From: Puniceicoccales bacterium
Lineage (GTDB): Bacteria; Verrucomicrobiota; Verrucomicrobiia; Opitutales; UBA9783
Length of the DNA: 64,000 bases
NCBI GenBank assembly: GCA_031266455.1
Contig: JAISBA010000004.1
Span: 9,814-73,813 of the forward strand
Reading direction: 5' to 3'
The notes beneath the pieces were generated by a model, which saw only the letters and a program-made list of their open reading frames with translations, was not told where the DNA came from and did not search any database. This document shows positions 54,044-64,000 of this stretch, piece by piece (the stretch's first letter is position 1; each line of letters starts with the position of its first letter). The position numbers and the translations under genes are program-made.

Positions 54044-56194
54044 TTACGACCTTGCCGGTGCGCGTGATACAGTTTCAACAATTTTAGCCAATAAACTTGC
54101 CGGGACCTGTTCAAAATGCGAAGGCTCCATCGAATAAGAAGCACGTCCTTTTGTCAGAGAACGAACATCCGTTGCGTAACCAAACATCATCTCCAAAGGA
54201 ACAAAAGCCATAATAATACCCGCAGTTCCCTTGGTTTCCATTCCTTGTATTTGTCCACGACGACGGTTTAGGTCTCCCATAACATCCCCTTGATATTCTT
54301 CGGGGGTTGCCACTTCAACTTTCATGATGGGCTCCAAAAGAATTGGATTTGCCTTCTTCATCGCATCTTTGAAAGCAAAAATTCCAGCCATTTTGAATGC
54401 CAATTCCGAAGAATCTACCTCGTGGAAACTACCATCCACAATACGAACTCTAAAATCTACGACAGGATACCCGGCCACAACACCATTTTGAGCCCCTTCC
54501 ATAAGGCCTTCCTGCGTCGGTTTTATAAACTCACGAGGGATAACGCCTCCGACAATTTCATTGACAACTTCAATGCCTTTGCCTTTTTCAAGCGGCTCAA
54601 GTTTAATGACAACATGCCCGTATTGTCCGCGACCTCCACTCTGACGAATAAATTTACCTTCACCCTCTGCAAATTGAACAATGGTTTCACGGTAAGCAAT
54701 TTGAGGACGACCCGCATCCGCCTCTACCTTAAATTCACGAAACAATCGATCTCTAATAATTTCCAAATGCAGCTCACCCATACCGGAAATCAACGTCTGC
54801 CCTGTTTCCACATTACTGCTGACCCTAAACGTAGGATCCTCCTCAGCCAAACGTTGTAATCCCATAGATAGACGTTCCTGATCCGACTTGGTTTTGGGTT
54901 CAATGGACATGCTGATAACGGGTTCCGGAAATGTTGGAGGCTCCAACTGCACATTTAAATCTTTATCGCATAAGGTATCCCCCGTCACAACCTCCCGAGG
55001 GCCAATTAAAGCACAAATATCCCCCGAAAAAGCCTCTTCTATGTCCGCCCGTTCGTTGGCTTTCATAACCACCAATCGGCTGATTCTTTCCTGCTTACGC
55101 GTACGTGGATTATATAAAACCATGCCCTTACGAACCACCCCGGCATACACACGATAAAAAATTAATTTACCTACGTAAGGATCCGTCATCAACTTAAATA
55201 CTAATCCCACAGGCTTACTACGATCGTCCGGCAAAATTTCCACCTTTTCTTCATCTCGATTACCTTGCGTAGGGGGCAAATCTAAGGGATTTGGCAAGTA
55301 ATCTACGATCGCATCCAACACCATTTGAACACCTTTATTCTTAAAGGCACTTCCCGGAATAACGCCCAAAAACTTCATCGACAGGGTTGCCCTACGCACC
55401 GCTCCTTTAATCGCATCGATGGATAAAACTTCACCATCGAGATATTTGACCGCCAAATCATCATCGCAATCTGCCAAAGTCTCTATCAATTGTTCTCGAT
55501 ATTGACGCGCCGACGCTACATATTCGTCAGGAATAGCAACGCTCTCGTAACGCATTCCATTGGGATCCTGCTCATCATAAACGTAAGCTTTTTCTTCAAT
55601 CAAATCAATAAGTCCACGAAAATTATCCTCCTGGCCAATGTTCAAAAACAATGGATGCGCATTGCCTCCCAATTTTTCACGAATATCTTTAACGGCATTT
55701 AGAAAGTTTGCACCCGTACGATCCATCTTATTGACAAAAGCCAAGCGAGGGACACGATACTTATCCATTTGCCGCCAAACCGTTTCAGATTGAGGTTGAA
55801 CTCCGGCAACCGCGCAAAAAACTCCCACGGCACCGTCCAATACACGCAGAGAACGTTCTACTTCCGCCGTAAAATCGACATGGCCTGGCGTATCAATAAT
55901 GTTAATACGATGAGGAATTCCTTCAAAAGGGCCTTTTTTATTTGTCCAATCGCAGCTAATAGCCGCCGCTGTAATGGTGATACCTCGTTCCCGTTCTTGC
56001 TCCATCCAATCGGTTACGGTTTCACCTTCGTGAACTTCCCCAACTTTATGCACTACCCCCGTGTAAAACAAAATACGCTCCGTCGTCGTGGTTTTACCGG
56101 CATCAATATGGGCGGCAATACCAATATTACGCAAGTATTCCAATGGATTCTTACGTTGGGGAGAATTTGCGTCGGAAAGATCTTCTTTGCTCAT
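54044..56194 (-). CDS. fusA: Translation elongation factor G
   Basis: G1 [25 protein letters not shown], and full domains II-V. 716 aa. Confidence 0.95.
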   Translation of the reverse strand: MSKEDLSDANSPQRKNPLEYLRNIGIAAHIDAGKTTTTERILFYTGVVHKVGEVHEGETVTDWMEQERERGITITAAAISCDWTNKKGPFEGIPHRINIIDTPGHVDFTAEVERSLRVLDGAVGVFCAVAGVQPQSETVWRQMDKYRVPRLAFVNKMDRTGANFLNAVKDIREKLGGNAHPLFLNIGQEDNFRGLIDLIEEKAYVYDEQDPNGMRYESVAIPDEYVASARQYREQLIETLADCDDDLAVKYLDGEVLSIDAIKGAVRRATLSMKFLGVIPGSAFKNKGVQMVLDAIVDYLPNPLDLPPTQGNRDEEKVEILPDDRSKPVGLVFKLMTDPYVGKLIFYRVYAGVVRKGMVLYNPRTRKQERISRLVVMKANERADIEEAFSGDICALIGPREVVTGDTLCDKDLNVQLEPPTFPEPVISMSIEPKTKSDQERLSMGLQRLAEEDPTFRVSSNVETGQTLISGMGELHLEIIRDRLFREFKVEADAGRPQIAYRETIVQFAEGEGKFIRQSGGRGQYGHVVIKLEPLEKGKGIEVVNEIVGGVIPREFIKPTQEGLMEGAQNGVVAGYPVVDFRVRIVDGSFHEVDSSELAFKMAGIFAFKDAMKKANPILLEPIMKVEVATPEEYQGDVMGDLNRRRGQIQGMETKGTAGIIMAFVPLEMMFGYATDVRSLTKGRASYSMEPSHFEQVPASLLAKIVETVSRAPARS

Positions 56195-56216
56195 AATTTT
56201 ACTCTACCTACCTTAT

Positions 56217-56690
56217 TTAAGACCAACGCAAGTGCGCAAATGCGCGATTTGCTTGGGCCATACGATGAACTTCTTCTTTCCTCTTAACAACTTCTCCCGA
56301 ATTGTTATACGCCTCTATAATTTCACTTGCCAAGGTCTCCATCATGGCTCCCTTACGCTTGTTCGCGGTTTGGACTAACCAGCGAAAAGCCAAGCTTACC
56401 TGACGTTCATACCCAACTTCCATGGGAACTTGATAGGTAGCCCCTCCGACACGACGACTTTTAACCTCCAACTTTGGACGTATGTTTTCAAGTGCAGCCA
56501 ACAAAAAGTCCATAGGATCCCCTTTGCCCAAATTTTCGCTTACACGCTCAATGGCACCATATACAATGCGTCTTGCCAAAGATTTTTTACCGGAACGCAT
56601 AACGCGATTCGTCAATTGTTCAACCAATATACTTTTATAACGAGGATCTTCCTTTAATTTTCTACGTACTGCTCTTCTACGACGTGCCAT
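56217..56690 (-). CDS. rpsG: 30S ribosomal protein S7
   Basis: MARRRRAV...DPRYKS, GKKSLARRIVY, and an ending of AFAHLRWS. Confidence 0.95.
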   Translation of the reverse strand: MARRRRAVRRKLKEDPRYKSILVEQLTNRVMRSGKKSLARRIVYGAIERVSENLGKGDPMDFLLAALENIRPKLEVKSRRVGGATYQVPMEVGYERQVSLAFRWLVQTANKRKGAMMETLASEIIEAYNNSGEVVKRKEEVHRMAQANRAFAHLRWS

Positions 56691-56701
56691 AATTTAAAAA
56701 T

Positions 56702-57088
56702 CTACTTCTTTTTACTCTCTTTCGGCCGTTGAACACCATACTTTGAACGGCTACGGTGGCGCTTTTCAACTCCCTGTGCATCCAATGTGCCACGAACAAC
56801 GTGATACCGCACTCCCGGCAAATCGGGAACACGACCGCCACGCACCAATACCACACTGTGCTCTTGCAAATTGTGCCCCTCATCGGGTATGTAGGCAATA
56901 ATTTCCACACCGTTTGTTAAACGGACTTTGGTTACTTTACGAACAGCAGAATTAGGTTTCTTCGGCGTACGCGTCATCACTTGTACGCAAACCCCACGCT
57001 TGAATGGATTTTTTCCCAATGCAGGCGCTTTTGACTTTGCATAAACCCTTGCTCTCGACTTTAAAATTAACTGGTTAATCGTAGGCAT
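56702..57088 (-). CDS. rpsL: 30S ribosomal protein S12
   Basis: MPTINQLI start, PKKPNSA.RKV, and [17 protein letters not shown]. Confidence 0.95.
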   Translation of the reverse strand: MPTINQLILKSRARVYAKSKAPALGKNPFKRGVCVQVMTRTPKKPNSAVRKVTKVRLTNGVEIIAYIPDEGHNLQEHSVVLVRGGRVPDLPGVRYHVVRGTLDAQGVEKRHRSRSKYGVQRPKESKKK

Positions 57089-57183
57089 CTTATATTAATT
57101 CTCAAGAAAATTAGCGTTAGCATCCCATACATTGCAAGTCTTTTTTGATAAAAAAGCAATTAAAGAACTCTTCGCGTTATGCA

Positions 57184-60100
57184 CTATTCAACTCCTTTGC
57201 TTTCAGATTCCTCGGTTGTTTCGCACAAAGACCGAATGGTCATATGGCGATATTTTGCCATCCCTGTTCCCGCAGGAATTAAATTACCCATGATAACATT
57301 CTCCTTAAATCCCTTTAATGTATCCATCTTTCCCAATGTTGCCGCTTCGGTTAGCACGCGTGTCGTTTCTTGGAATGAAGCTGCCGAAATAAAACTATCC
57401 GTTTCAAGGGAAGCTTTTGTAATACCCAATAAGATAGGCTCTCCTTCCGCAGGTTTACCACCCGCAATCAAAACTTTTTCGTTAGCGGCCAAAAAGTCCG
57501 CCCGATCCACCTGTTCTCCCCAGAAATAATCGGTATCACCCGGATCCGTCACGCGTACTTTACCTAACATACGTGCAATGATAACCTCCAAATGCTTGTC
57601 ATCAATGGTCACACCCTGCAAACGATAAACCTTTTGGATTTCCGTCAACAAATACTCTTGTAAGGCGTGTACCCCTAAAACTGTCAAAATTTCATGCGGA
57701 TCTGCAGCACCTTCCGTTAAACACTGACCCTTTTTTACCAAATCTCCCGGATAAACAATTAATTGCTTGCCGTGCGGAATTAAGTGCTCCTCGTTCTCTT
57801 CCGTCTCTGGATTTGTTATCAACAAGCGCTTTTTACCACGGACCATTCCCGAAGCCACCGATACAATGCCTTCAATCTTGGCTATTTCCGAAGCATCTTT
57901 GGGTCTCCGCGCTTCAAATAATTCGGCCACACGAGGTAGCCCACCCGTAATATCTTGGGTCCGAGACGCCGAACGTGGAGTTTTTGCCAGCAACGCTCCA
58001 GGATATATCTCATCGTCCACGTTAACGATGACCTGGGCGCCGACTGGAATAGCGTACGTAGCCAACACCTTATGAGTGTCCTTCTTGTCCACAATTTCAA
58101 TGGAAGGATTCAAATCTTCTTGGTGTTCAATGACAACACTCGTCATTTGACTACTAGAATCATCCACCGCACGGCGGATCGTAATCCCAGACATCATATC
58201 TTTAAAACGAACAATGCCTCCCTTTTCGGATAAAATCGGGATGTTATGCGGATCCCACATGGTTAAAACACTGCCACTTTCAATAAAATCACCGTCGGTG
58301 ACCGTCAAAAGTGAACCCGCAAAGATGTGAATCGTTTCAACTTCACGACCTTCCTCATCAATAATGCAGACGGTTCCCGTCTTGTTTAACACAATGGTTG
58401 CATCATCGGCCGTCTTTACGGTACGTAGTCCGCTATACTTAACTCGCCCCGAATGTCTTACGCGACTTTCTGGAGACTTTAACACTTGGCTTGCAACACC
58501 GCCAACGTGGAAAGTACGCATCGTTAATTGCGTGCCCGGTTCTCCAATCGATTGGGCGGCAATAATACCTACCGAAGTTCCCTCCTCAACCAAATGATGT
58601 GTCGACGGATCCAGGCCATAAGCTTTAGCGGGAATACAATCTTTGTTCATGTGGGTCAATGGAGATAAAACCTTTACGCGGACTATACCCATTTCTTCCA
58701 CTTGTTCGGCCATTTTCTTCGTAATGATTTCACCACGATGAATAATGACTTCTTCTGGATTGATCGGATTTACAACATTTTCACAAGAACAGCGTCCCAC
58801 AATCCGTTCCGACAACTTAACAATTTCCTCGTCACCTTCATAAACAGCTTGCTTCCATACACCTTTATTGTAATCCAAATTGTCGGTATCTGGCACAATC
58901 ACGCAATCCATCGCAACATCGCACAATTTACGCGTTAGGTAACCCGCATCTGCCGTTTTTAAGGCGGTATCCGCCATACCCTTACGAGCACCATGCGTTG
59001 AAATAAAATACTCAAGGACATTCAATCCTTCCCTAAAAGAGGACAAAATGGGCTGTTCGATAATTTCACCGGAGGGCTTAGCCATCAAACCACGCGCTCC
59101 ACACAACTGACGTACCTGTTGACGATTACCCCGTGCTCCCGAGTCCATCATCATGTACACCGAATTCACCTCCCCATCGCGCATATCTTCAAGACCTTTA
59201 AATGCCATCTTGGCAATTTCATCCGTGGCATTCGTCCAAATATCGATCACCTTATTGCATCGTTCACCGTTGGTGATAATACCTTTTTTAAATTGAGATT
59301 CAACTTCTTTAATCTTTTTGCGGCTCTTTTCAATAATCATCGGCTTTTCTTTGGGAACTACCATATCCTCAATGCTTATGGAAGCCCCTATCCTTGTGGC
59401 CATCAAAAAACCCATTTGTTTCAAAGAATCCAACACATGTACGGCCTCCGAACGATCTACCAAATTGTAAGCCAAAGCAATCAACTCGGATAATTTATTT
59501 TTACCTACCGGCTCATTGATAAAACCCATGCGCGTAGGCCAGATAGTGTTAAAGATTGCCCGACCAATCGTCGTGCGAATGAATTTAGCACCTTTATTGC
59601 CAAACTGTGTCGGCTTACCGTAGTCCGGATTTGGCATATCCACCCAATCGTGCAAGGTTAATATACTTTCGGCTTGTGCCATTAGTGCTTCCTGAATGCC
59701 GGACACAACGGGAGCACGAACCATTTTTGCAGGCTTTTCCGTTAAATTTAACGTCAAATAATAAATCCCCAACACAATATCCTGTGAAGGTGTTAAAACA
59801 GGTTTACCGCTCGAAGGAGCAAACATGTTATTCGTTGAAAGCATCAATAAACGCGCTTCCATAATTGCCTCCGTCGATAAAGGTACGTGTACGGCCATCT
59901 GATCTCCGTCAAAATCGGCATTAAACGCAGAACACACCAACGGATGCAAACGAATGGCATCACCTTCAATCAATACGGGTTCAAAAGCTTGTATGGACAA
60001 TCGATGCAATGAAGGCGCACGATTGAGCAACACCGGATGTCCCTTGGTAACTTCAGCCAAAATATCCCATACTTCCGGCGCCTTATTTTCGATCAATTTA

Positions 60101-61302
60101 CGTGCTGAACGCACCGTATGCGCAAACCCTAATTCTTTCAAACGACGAATAATGAACGGCTCAAATAAAATTAAAGCCATCTTTTTGGGCAAACCGCACT
60201 GATGCAATTTCAAATCAGGGCCAATCACAATCACCGAGCGACCACTGTAATCAACACGCTTACCTAGCAAGTTTTGCCGAAACCGACCCTGCTTACCTTT
60301 TAGCATGTCGCTTAACGACTTGAGAGGTCGATTTCCTGAACCCGTTACGGGACGCGCACCGTGGCAACCGTTATCAAACAGTGCATCCACGGCTTCCTGA
60401 AGCATACGTTTTTCGTTGTGAATAATCACATCGGGCGTTTTCAATTGCAGTAAATTTCGTAAACGATTGTTACGATTAATAACACGACGGTACAAATCAT
60501 TCAAGTCACTGGTGGCAAACCTTCCTCCTTCAAGGGGAATAAGTGGCCTCAAATCGGGCGGAATGACGGGAATAACATCCAATACCATCCATTCGGGTCG
60601 AGCACCTGATTGCAGAAAACCGTTCATCATCTTTAAACGTTTTGCCAGCTTTTTCTTAATTTGCTTCGAACGTGTATTGTAAATTTCCATTTGCATCGAC
60701 TCTACTTCAGCCGATAAGTCAATTTGTGACAACAAATCTTTAATAGCTTCAGCACCCATCTTGGCCACAAAAGCGTCTTCTCCAAATTCTTCTTGAGCCA
60801 CCTGGTATTCTTGTTCCGTCAATAATTGCTTTTCTTCCAAAGACGTACGACCTGCATCGATCACAATATAATTTTCATAATAAACGACTTTTTCCAAGTC
60901 ACGCATGGTCATTTCCAACAATAAACCAAAACGACTTGGCATTGTCTTTAAAAACCAAACATGCGCTACAGGAACGGCCAAATTGATATGCCCCATCCAT
61001 TCGCGACGTACACGCGATAGCGTCACTTCCACACCGCAACGATCACAAACAACCCCCTTATACTTGATACGTTTGTATTTACCGCAAGCACACTCATAAT
61101 CCTTAACAGGCCCAAAAATTCGCTGGCAAAACAATCCTCCCGATTCGGGCTTAAATGTACGATAATTGATTGTTTCAGGATTTTTTACTTCACCCTTAGA
61201 CCATCGACGAATGGTATCCGGAGATGCCACCGCAATACTTACCGAATCAAACCCTTGTTCTTCGTCAAAACCAAGTACTTCACGAACTTCTTCTCTAGTC
61301 AT
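57184..61302 (-). CDS. rpoC: DNA-directed RNA polymerase subunit beta'
   Basis: Zinc-binding C..C..C..C near the N-terminus (YECACGKYK...CDRCGVEV), the catalytic [12 protein letters not shown], and 1372 aa. Confidence 0.97.
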   Translation of the reverse strand: MTREEVREVLGFDEEQGFDSVSIAVASPDTIRRWSKGEVKNPETINYRTFKPESGGLFCQRIFGPVKDYECACGKYKRIKYKGVVCDRCGVEVTLSRVRREWMGHINLAVPVAHVWFLKTMPSRFGLLLEMTMRDLEKVVYYENYIVIDAGRTSLEEKQLLTEQEYQVAQEEFGEDAFVAKMGAEAIKDLLSQIDLSAEVESMQMEIYNTRSKQIKKKLAKRLKMMNGFLQSGARPEWMVLDVIPVIPPDLRPLIPLEGGRFATSDLNDLYRRVINRNNRLRNLLQLKTPDVIIHNEKRMLQEAVDALFDNGCHGARPVTGSGNRPLKSLSDMLKGKQGRFRQNLLGKRVDYSGRSVIVIGPDLKLHQCGLPKKMALILFEPFIIRRLKELGFAHTVRSARKLIENKAPEVWDILAEVTKGHPVLLNRAPSLHRLSIQAFEPVLIEGDAIRLHPLVCSAFNADFDGDQMAVHVPLSTEAIMEARLLMLSTNNMFAPSSGKPVLTPSQDIVLGIYYLTLNLTEKPAKMVRAPVVSGIQEALMAQAESILTLHDWVDMPNPDYGKPTQFGNKGAKFIRTTIGRAIFNTIWPTRMGFINEPVGKNKLSELIALAYNLVDRSEAVHVLDSLKQMGFLMATRIGASISIEDMVVPKEKPMIIEKSRKKIKEVESQFKKGIITNGERCNKVIDIWTNATDEIAKMAFKGLEDMRDGEVNSVYMMMDSGARGNRQQVRQLCGARGLMAKPSGEIIEQPILSSFREGLNVLEYFISTHGARKGMADTALKTADAGYLTRKLCDVAMDCVIVPDTDNLDYNKGVWKQAVYEGDEEIVKLSERIVGRCSCENVVNPINPEEVIIHRGEIITKKMAEQVEEMGIVRVKVLSPLTHMNKDCIPAKAYGLDPSTHHLVEEGTSVGIIAAQSIGEPGTQLTMRTFHVGGVASQVLKSPESRVRHSGRVKYSGLRTVKTADDATIVLNKTGTVCIIDEEGREVETIHIFAGSLLTVTDGDFIESGSVLTMWDPHNIPILSEKGGIVRFKDMMSGITIRRAVDDSSSQMTSVVIEHQEDLNPSIEIVDKKDTHKVLATYAIPVGAQVIVNVDDEIYPGALLAKTPRSASRTQDITGGLPRVAELFEARRPKDASEIAKIEGIVSVASGMVRGKKRLLITNPETEENEEHLIPHGKQLIVYPGDLVKKGQCLTEGAADPHEILTVLGVHALQEYLLTEIQKVYRLQGVTIDDKHLEVIIARMLGKVRVTDPGDTDYFWGEQVDRADFLAANEKVLIAGGKPAEGEPILLGITKASLETDSFISAASFQETTRVLTEAATLGKMDTLKGFKENVIMGNLIPAGTGMAKYRHMTIRSLCETTEESESKGVE

Positions 61303-61310
61303 AACTCCTT

Positions 61311-64000
61311 TTAGAATCGAACGTTTTCTATGGGTTGTTGCTTAGATCCCAATCGTACATCCAAACATAAACCCTGCATTTCCTTTACCAAAACATTGAA
61401 AGATTGAGGTACACCCGCCTGTAGAGAATGATGCCCTTTTACGATAGCTTCGTACACACGCGTACGTCCCTGCACATCATCTGATTTTACGGTCAACAAC
61501 TCCTGCAAATTGTAAGCGGCGCCATAAGCCTCCAAAGCCCACACTTCCATTTCTCCGAAACGTTGACCTCCGTATTGCGCCTTTCCGCCCAATGGCTGCT
61601 GCGTAATTAAACTGTAGGGCCCGACCGCACGCGCATGAATTTTATTGGCAACCAAGTGATTGAGTTTCATCATATAAATGCAGCCCACCATCACTTTTTG
61701 AAAAAACGCTTCCCCCGTACAACCGTCGTACAAGGTTATTTTACCACTCTCCGGCAAATTTGCTTTTTTCAAATACGTACGAATGGTGCCTTCCGAAACA
61801 CCATCAAAAACCGGTGTTGCAATTTTGATACCCAAAACACGACAAGCCCAACCCAAATGCGTTTCCAAAACTTGTCCCACATTCATACGACTTGGAATAC
61901 CGAGTGGATTTAAAATGATATCCACTGGCGTCCCATCGGCCAAAAAAGGCATATCTTGCATGGGCACAATTTGAGCAACAACCCCTTTATTGCCATGGCG
62001 ACCTGCCATTTTATCACCCACTTGAATTTTACGCTTTACGGCAATGTAAACCTTTACATTTTTAATAGTACCCGTTTCTTCACCTTCTTCTTCAACGTGT
62101 TGAATTTTTGCCTCGTATTCTTCTTCCAAAAGTTCAAAACGTTTCTTAAATTGATTTAAAATTTCAACAATCTTAACTTTTACGGGAGATTGCTCTATCT
62201 GTAAACTATCAGGAGCCGAAGCCAAACGACGCAGCAAGGTTTTAGTAATTTTACGATTCGCCGGAATAATAATTTCACCCGTCCCCTGATGGATGATATT
62301 TAAAGGGATTTTTTCACCCAATAAAATATTGGATAACGCTTCCGTTAATTCTTCGCGTAAACGTTCCTTTGCAGTCCTCTGTTCTTCCGTAATTTTCTTA
62401 AGTTTTCGACGATAATCTACCGCTTCAACGGACTCTTCTTCATCTTCCTTATCGGCATGCACCGATGTCCGGACATCCATGACGATCCCCGAACAACCTG
62501 GAGGTGCGATCATTGAAGAGTCTTTAATATCAGCTGCCTTTTCACCAAAAATTGCTCGCAACAACTTTTCTTCCGGCGCCAATTCGGTTTCACTTTTGGG
62601 TGTAATCTTGCCCACCAAAATATCTCCCGGATGCACCTCGGCACCCACGCAGATAATACCGTTGCGATCCAAATTTTTAAGCGCTTCTTCGCCCACATTG
62701 GGAATGTCGCGTGTAATTTCCTCCGCACCCAATTTTGTATCACGCGCAGTCACTTCAAATTCCTCAATATGGATGGATGTAAAAACATCTTCCTTAACGA
62801 GACGTTCACTTAAAATAATGGCATCTTCAAAATTATAACCATTCCAAGGCATGAAAGCGACCAAGACATTACTTCCCAAGGCCAATTCGCCGTCTTGTGT
62901 TGCGGCCCCATCCGCCAAAATTTGACCTTTCTTCACCGCATCTCCCAAGCGCACCAAAGGTCTTTGGTTAAAACAGGTGGTTGCATTGGAACGAATAAAT
63001 TTGTACAAATTGTAGACGTAAATGCCTTTCTTGTGATCCGTCTTTAAAGACCTATCCATGCGCGATGGTAAAGTTCCACTCGTTGCAACAACTATATGTT
63101 TTCCATCGACTTCGACGACTTTCCCATCCGCTTCGGCAACCACCACGGTACGAGAATCTTGAGCTACTTTAGCCTCGAGCCCGGTCCCCACGAAAGGAGC
63201 CTGAGCTCGCAACAACGGGACCCCTTGACGTTGCATATTCGATCCCATCAAAGCGCGACCTGCATCATCGTGTTCAAGGAATGGAATTAGTCCCGTGGCA
63301 ACGGAAATCAACTGCTTTGGAGAAACATCCATATAATTAACTTCTTTGGGGTCCACTTCAATCACTTCAAATCTCCTACGCGCCGTAATTCTTCCTTCCA
63401 GACGACCTTCTTTATTAATGAAAGAATTAGCCTGCGCAACAACCACTTGTTCTTCTTGATCCGCAGTCAAATAGTGAACTTCGTCAGTTACCACACCTTT
63501 TTTAACTACCCTGTAAGGTGTTCCAATGAAACCAAATTCGTTAACGCTTGCATACGTCGTCAATGAATTAATTAAACCAATGTTGGGCCCCTCCGGCGTT
63601 TCGATAGGACAGATGCGTCCATAATGAGAAGCGTGTACATCGCGTACTTCAAAACCAGCTCGTTCGCGGTTCAATCCTCCCGGTCCCAATGCCGACAGAC
63701 GGCGCTTATGCGTTAGCTCGGCCAACGGATTAATTTGATCCATTAATTGCGACAATTGACTGCGCGCAAAAAAGTCACGTACAACGGTTGCCAAAGCCTT
63801 GGTATTCATTAAACGCTGCGGCGTAATGGCGTCCACCGTTTGATCGTACAATGCCATGCGCTCCTTCACAATACGTTCCGTACGCGATAATCCTAGACGG
63901 CACTGATGATATAGCAATTCTCCCACCGGACGTACCCTACGGCTTCCCAAATGATCGATGTCATCCACCACACCATTGCCCTTTTTTAAACTGCACAAAT
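61311..64000 (-). CDS. rpoB: DNA-directed RNA polymerase subunit beta, C-terminal about 895 aa (N-terminus beyond right window edge)
   Basis: The ORF is open to the window end, so the apparent M at 63998 is not the start. Rif-region-like [34 protein letters not shown] and GRHGNKGVV are present. The stop lies 8 nt before the rpoC start. Confidence 0.95.
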   Translation of the reverse strand, partial: LCSLKKGNGVVDDIDHLGSRRVRPVGELLYHQCRLGLSRTERIVKERMALYDQTVDAITPQRLMNTKALATVVRDFFARSQLSQLMDQINPLAELTHKRRLSALGPGGLNRERAGFEVRDVHASHYGRICPIETPEGPNIGLINSLTTYASVNEFGFIGTPYRVVKKGVVTDEVHYLTADQEEQVVVAQANSFINKEGRLEGRITARRRFEVIEVDPKEVNYMDVSPKQLISVATGLIPFLEHDDAGRALMGSNMQRQGVPLLRAQAPFVGTGLEAKVAQDSRTVVVAEADGKVVEVDGKHIVVATSGTLPSRMDRSLKTDHKKGIYVYNLYKFIRSNATTCFNQRPLVRLGDAVKKGQILADGAATQDGELALGSNVLVAFMPWNGYNFEDAIILSERLVKEDVFTSIHIEEFEVTARDTKLGAEEITRDIPNVGEEALKNLDRNGIICVGAEVHPGDILVGKITPKSETELAPEEKLLRAIFGEKAADIKDSSMIAPPGCSGIVMDVRTSVHADKEDEEESVEAVDYRRKLKKITEEQRTAKERLREELTEALSNILLGEKIPLNIIHQGTGEIIIPANRKITKTLLRRLASAPDSLQIEQSPVKVKIVEILNQFKKRFELLEEEYEAKIQHVEEEGEETGTIKNVKVYIAVKRKIQVGDKMAGRHGNKGVVAQIVPMQDMPFLADGTPVDIILNPLGIPSRMNVGQVLETHLGWACRVLGIKIATPVFDGVSEGTIRTYLKKANLPESGKITLYDGCTGEAFFQKVMVGCIYMMKLNHLVANKIHARAVGPYSLITQQPLGGKAQYGGQRFGEMEVWALEAYGAAYNLQELLTVKSDDVQGRTRVYEAIVKGHHSLQAGVPQSFNVLVKEMQGLCLDVRLGSKQQPIENVRF

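Noticed and set aside
52623-56287. Long antisense ORFs across rplD/rplC (52623-53120, 165 aa) and fusA (54290-54859, 189 aa; 55769-56287, 172 aa).
   Set aside because: They are antisense to universally conserved genes and low-complexity or Arg/Phe-rich, as expected for reverse-frame translation. No start or SD context is present.
57179-63290. Many 60-125-aa ORFs on the plus strand or in alternative frames within rpoC and rpoB.
   Set aside because: Same reasoning. They are embedded in rpoB/rpoC coding sequence, with no motifs and no conservation argument.

Overview
This is a bacterial chromosomal window, moderately AT-rich by eye and almost entirely coding under the standard code. I saw no rRNA, CRISPR array, transposase or integrase.

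The right 25 kb (39.6-64.0 kb, minus strand) is the conserved transcription/translation super-cluster: rpoB (partial), rpoC, rpsL-rpsG-fusA, then rpsJ through rplQ. It has no tuf, rpmD, adk, infA or rpmJ.

The left 27 kb is mostly housekeeping. It starts with a hipBA-like toxin-antitoxin pair cut by the window edge. It then carries a SulP transporter, tilS, ftsH, def, plsY, a short aspartokinase-like gene, tRNA-Leu(UAA) and an O-antigen-ligase-like gene. Next come a UhpC/GlpT-type antiporter, a DEAD-box helicase, a secreted GT8-like glycosyltransferase, mpl and a folE-folB fusion. The run ends with tRNA-Tyr(GUA), ahpC, pgk, tpiA, ferritin, fabV, a family-4 UDG and an M16 peptidase.

The unusual part is a small gene family I cannot assign to any named family. 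These are Cys/His-rich proteins built from tandem CX2C...H...C units, some with exact CX2CX4HX4C zinc-knuckle spacing.
- A 139-aa copy at 27.1-27.5 kb has five units and a leader that looks like a Sec signal peptide.
- A frameshifted two-unit copy lies at 33.6-33.8 kb.
- A 477-aa copy at 34.1-35.5 kb has about 24 units and internal 114-bp and 138-bp tandem repeats. Both leader ATGs of this copy have mutated to ATA.

The last two copies lie in a 4-5 kb accessory patch wedged between pheT-gatCAB and kdsD. The patch is a mosaic of segmental duplications. It contains a roughly 90-bp fossil of the M16 peptidase 5' end and a 60-bp fossil of the 3' end of the neighbouring gene. A TTGACA-N18-TATAAA promoter module recurs there, and its -35 half also sits in front of pheT. 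Two cassette copies keep a terminator hairpin and the third has it cleanly deleted.

Next to the patch are a 632-aa protein with a leader and a glycine-cluster C-terminal region, and a frameshifted FkbM-type methyltransferase pseudogene.

Taxonomy cannot be determined from the sequence alone. The gene content is compatible with a PVC-like or otherwise host-associated lineage, but that is only an impression. All functional calls rest on motif recognition by eye, and no database search was possible.
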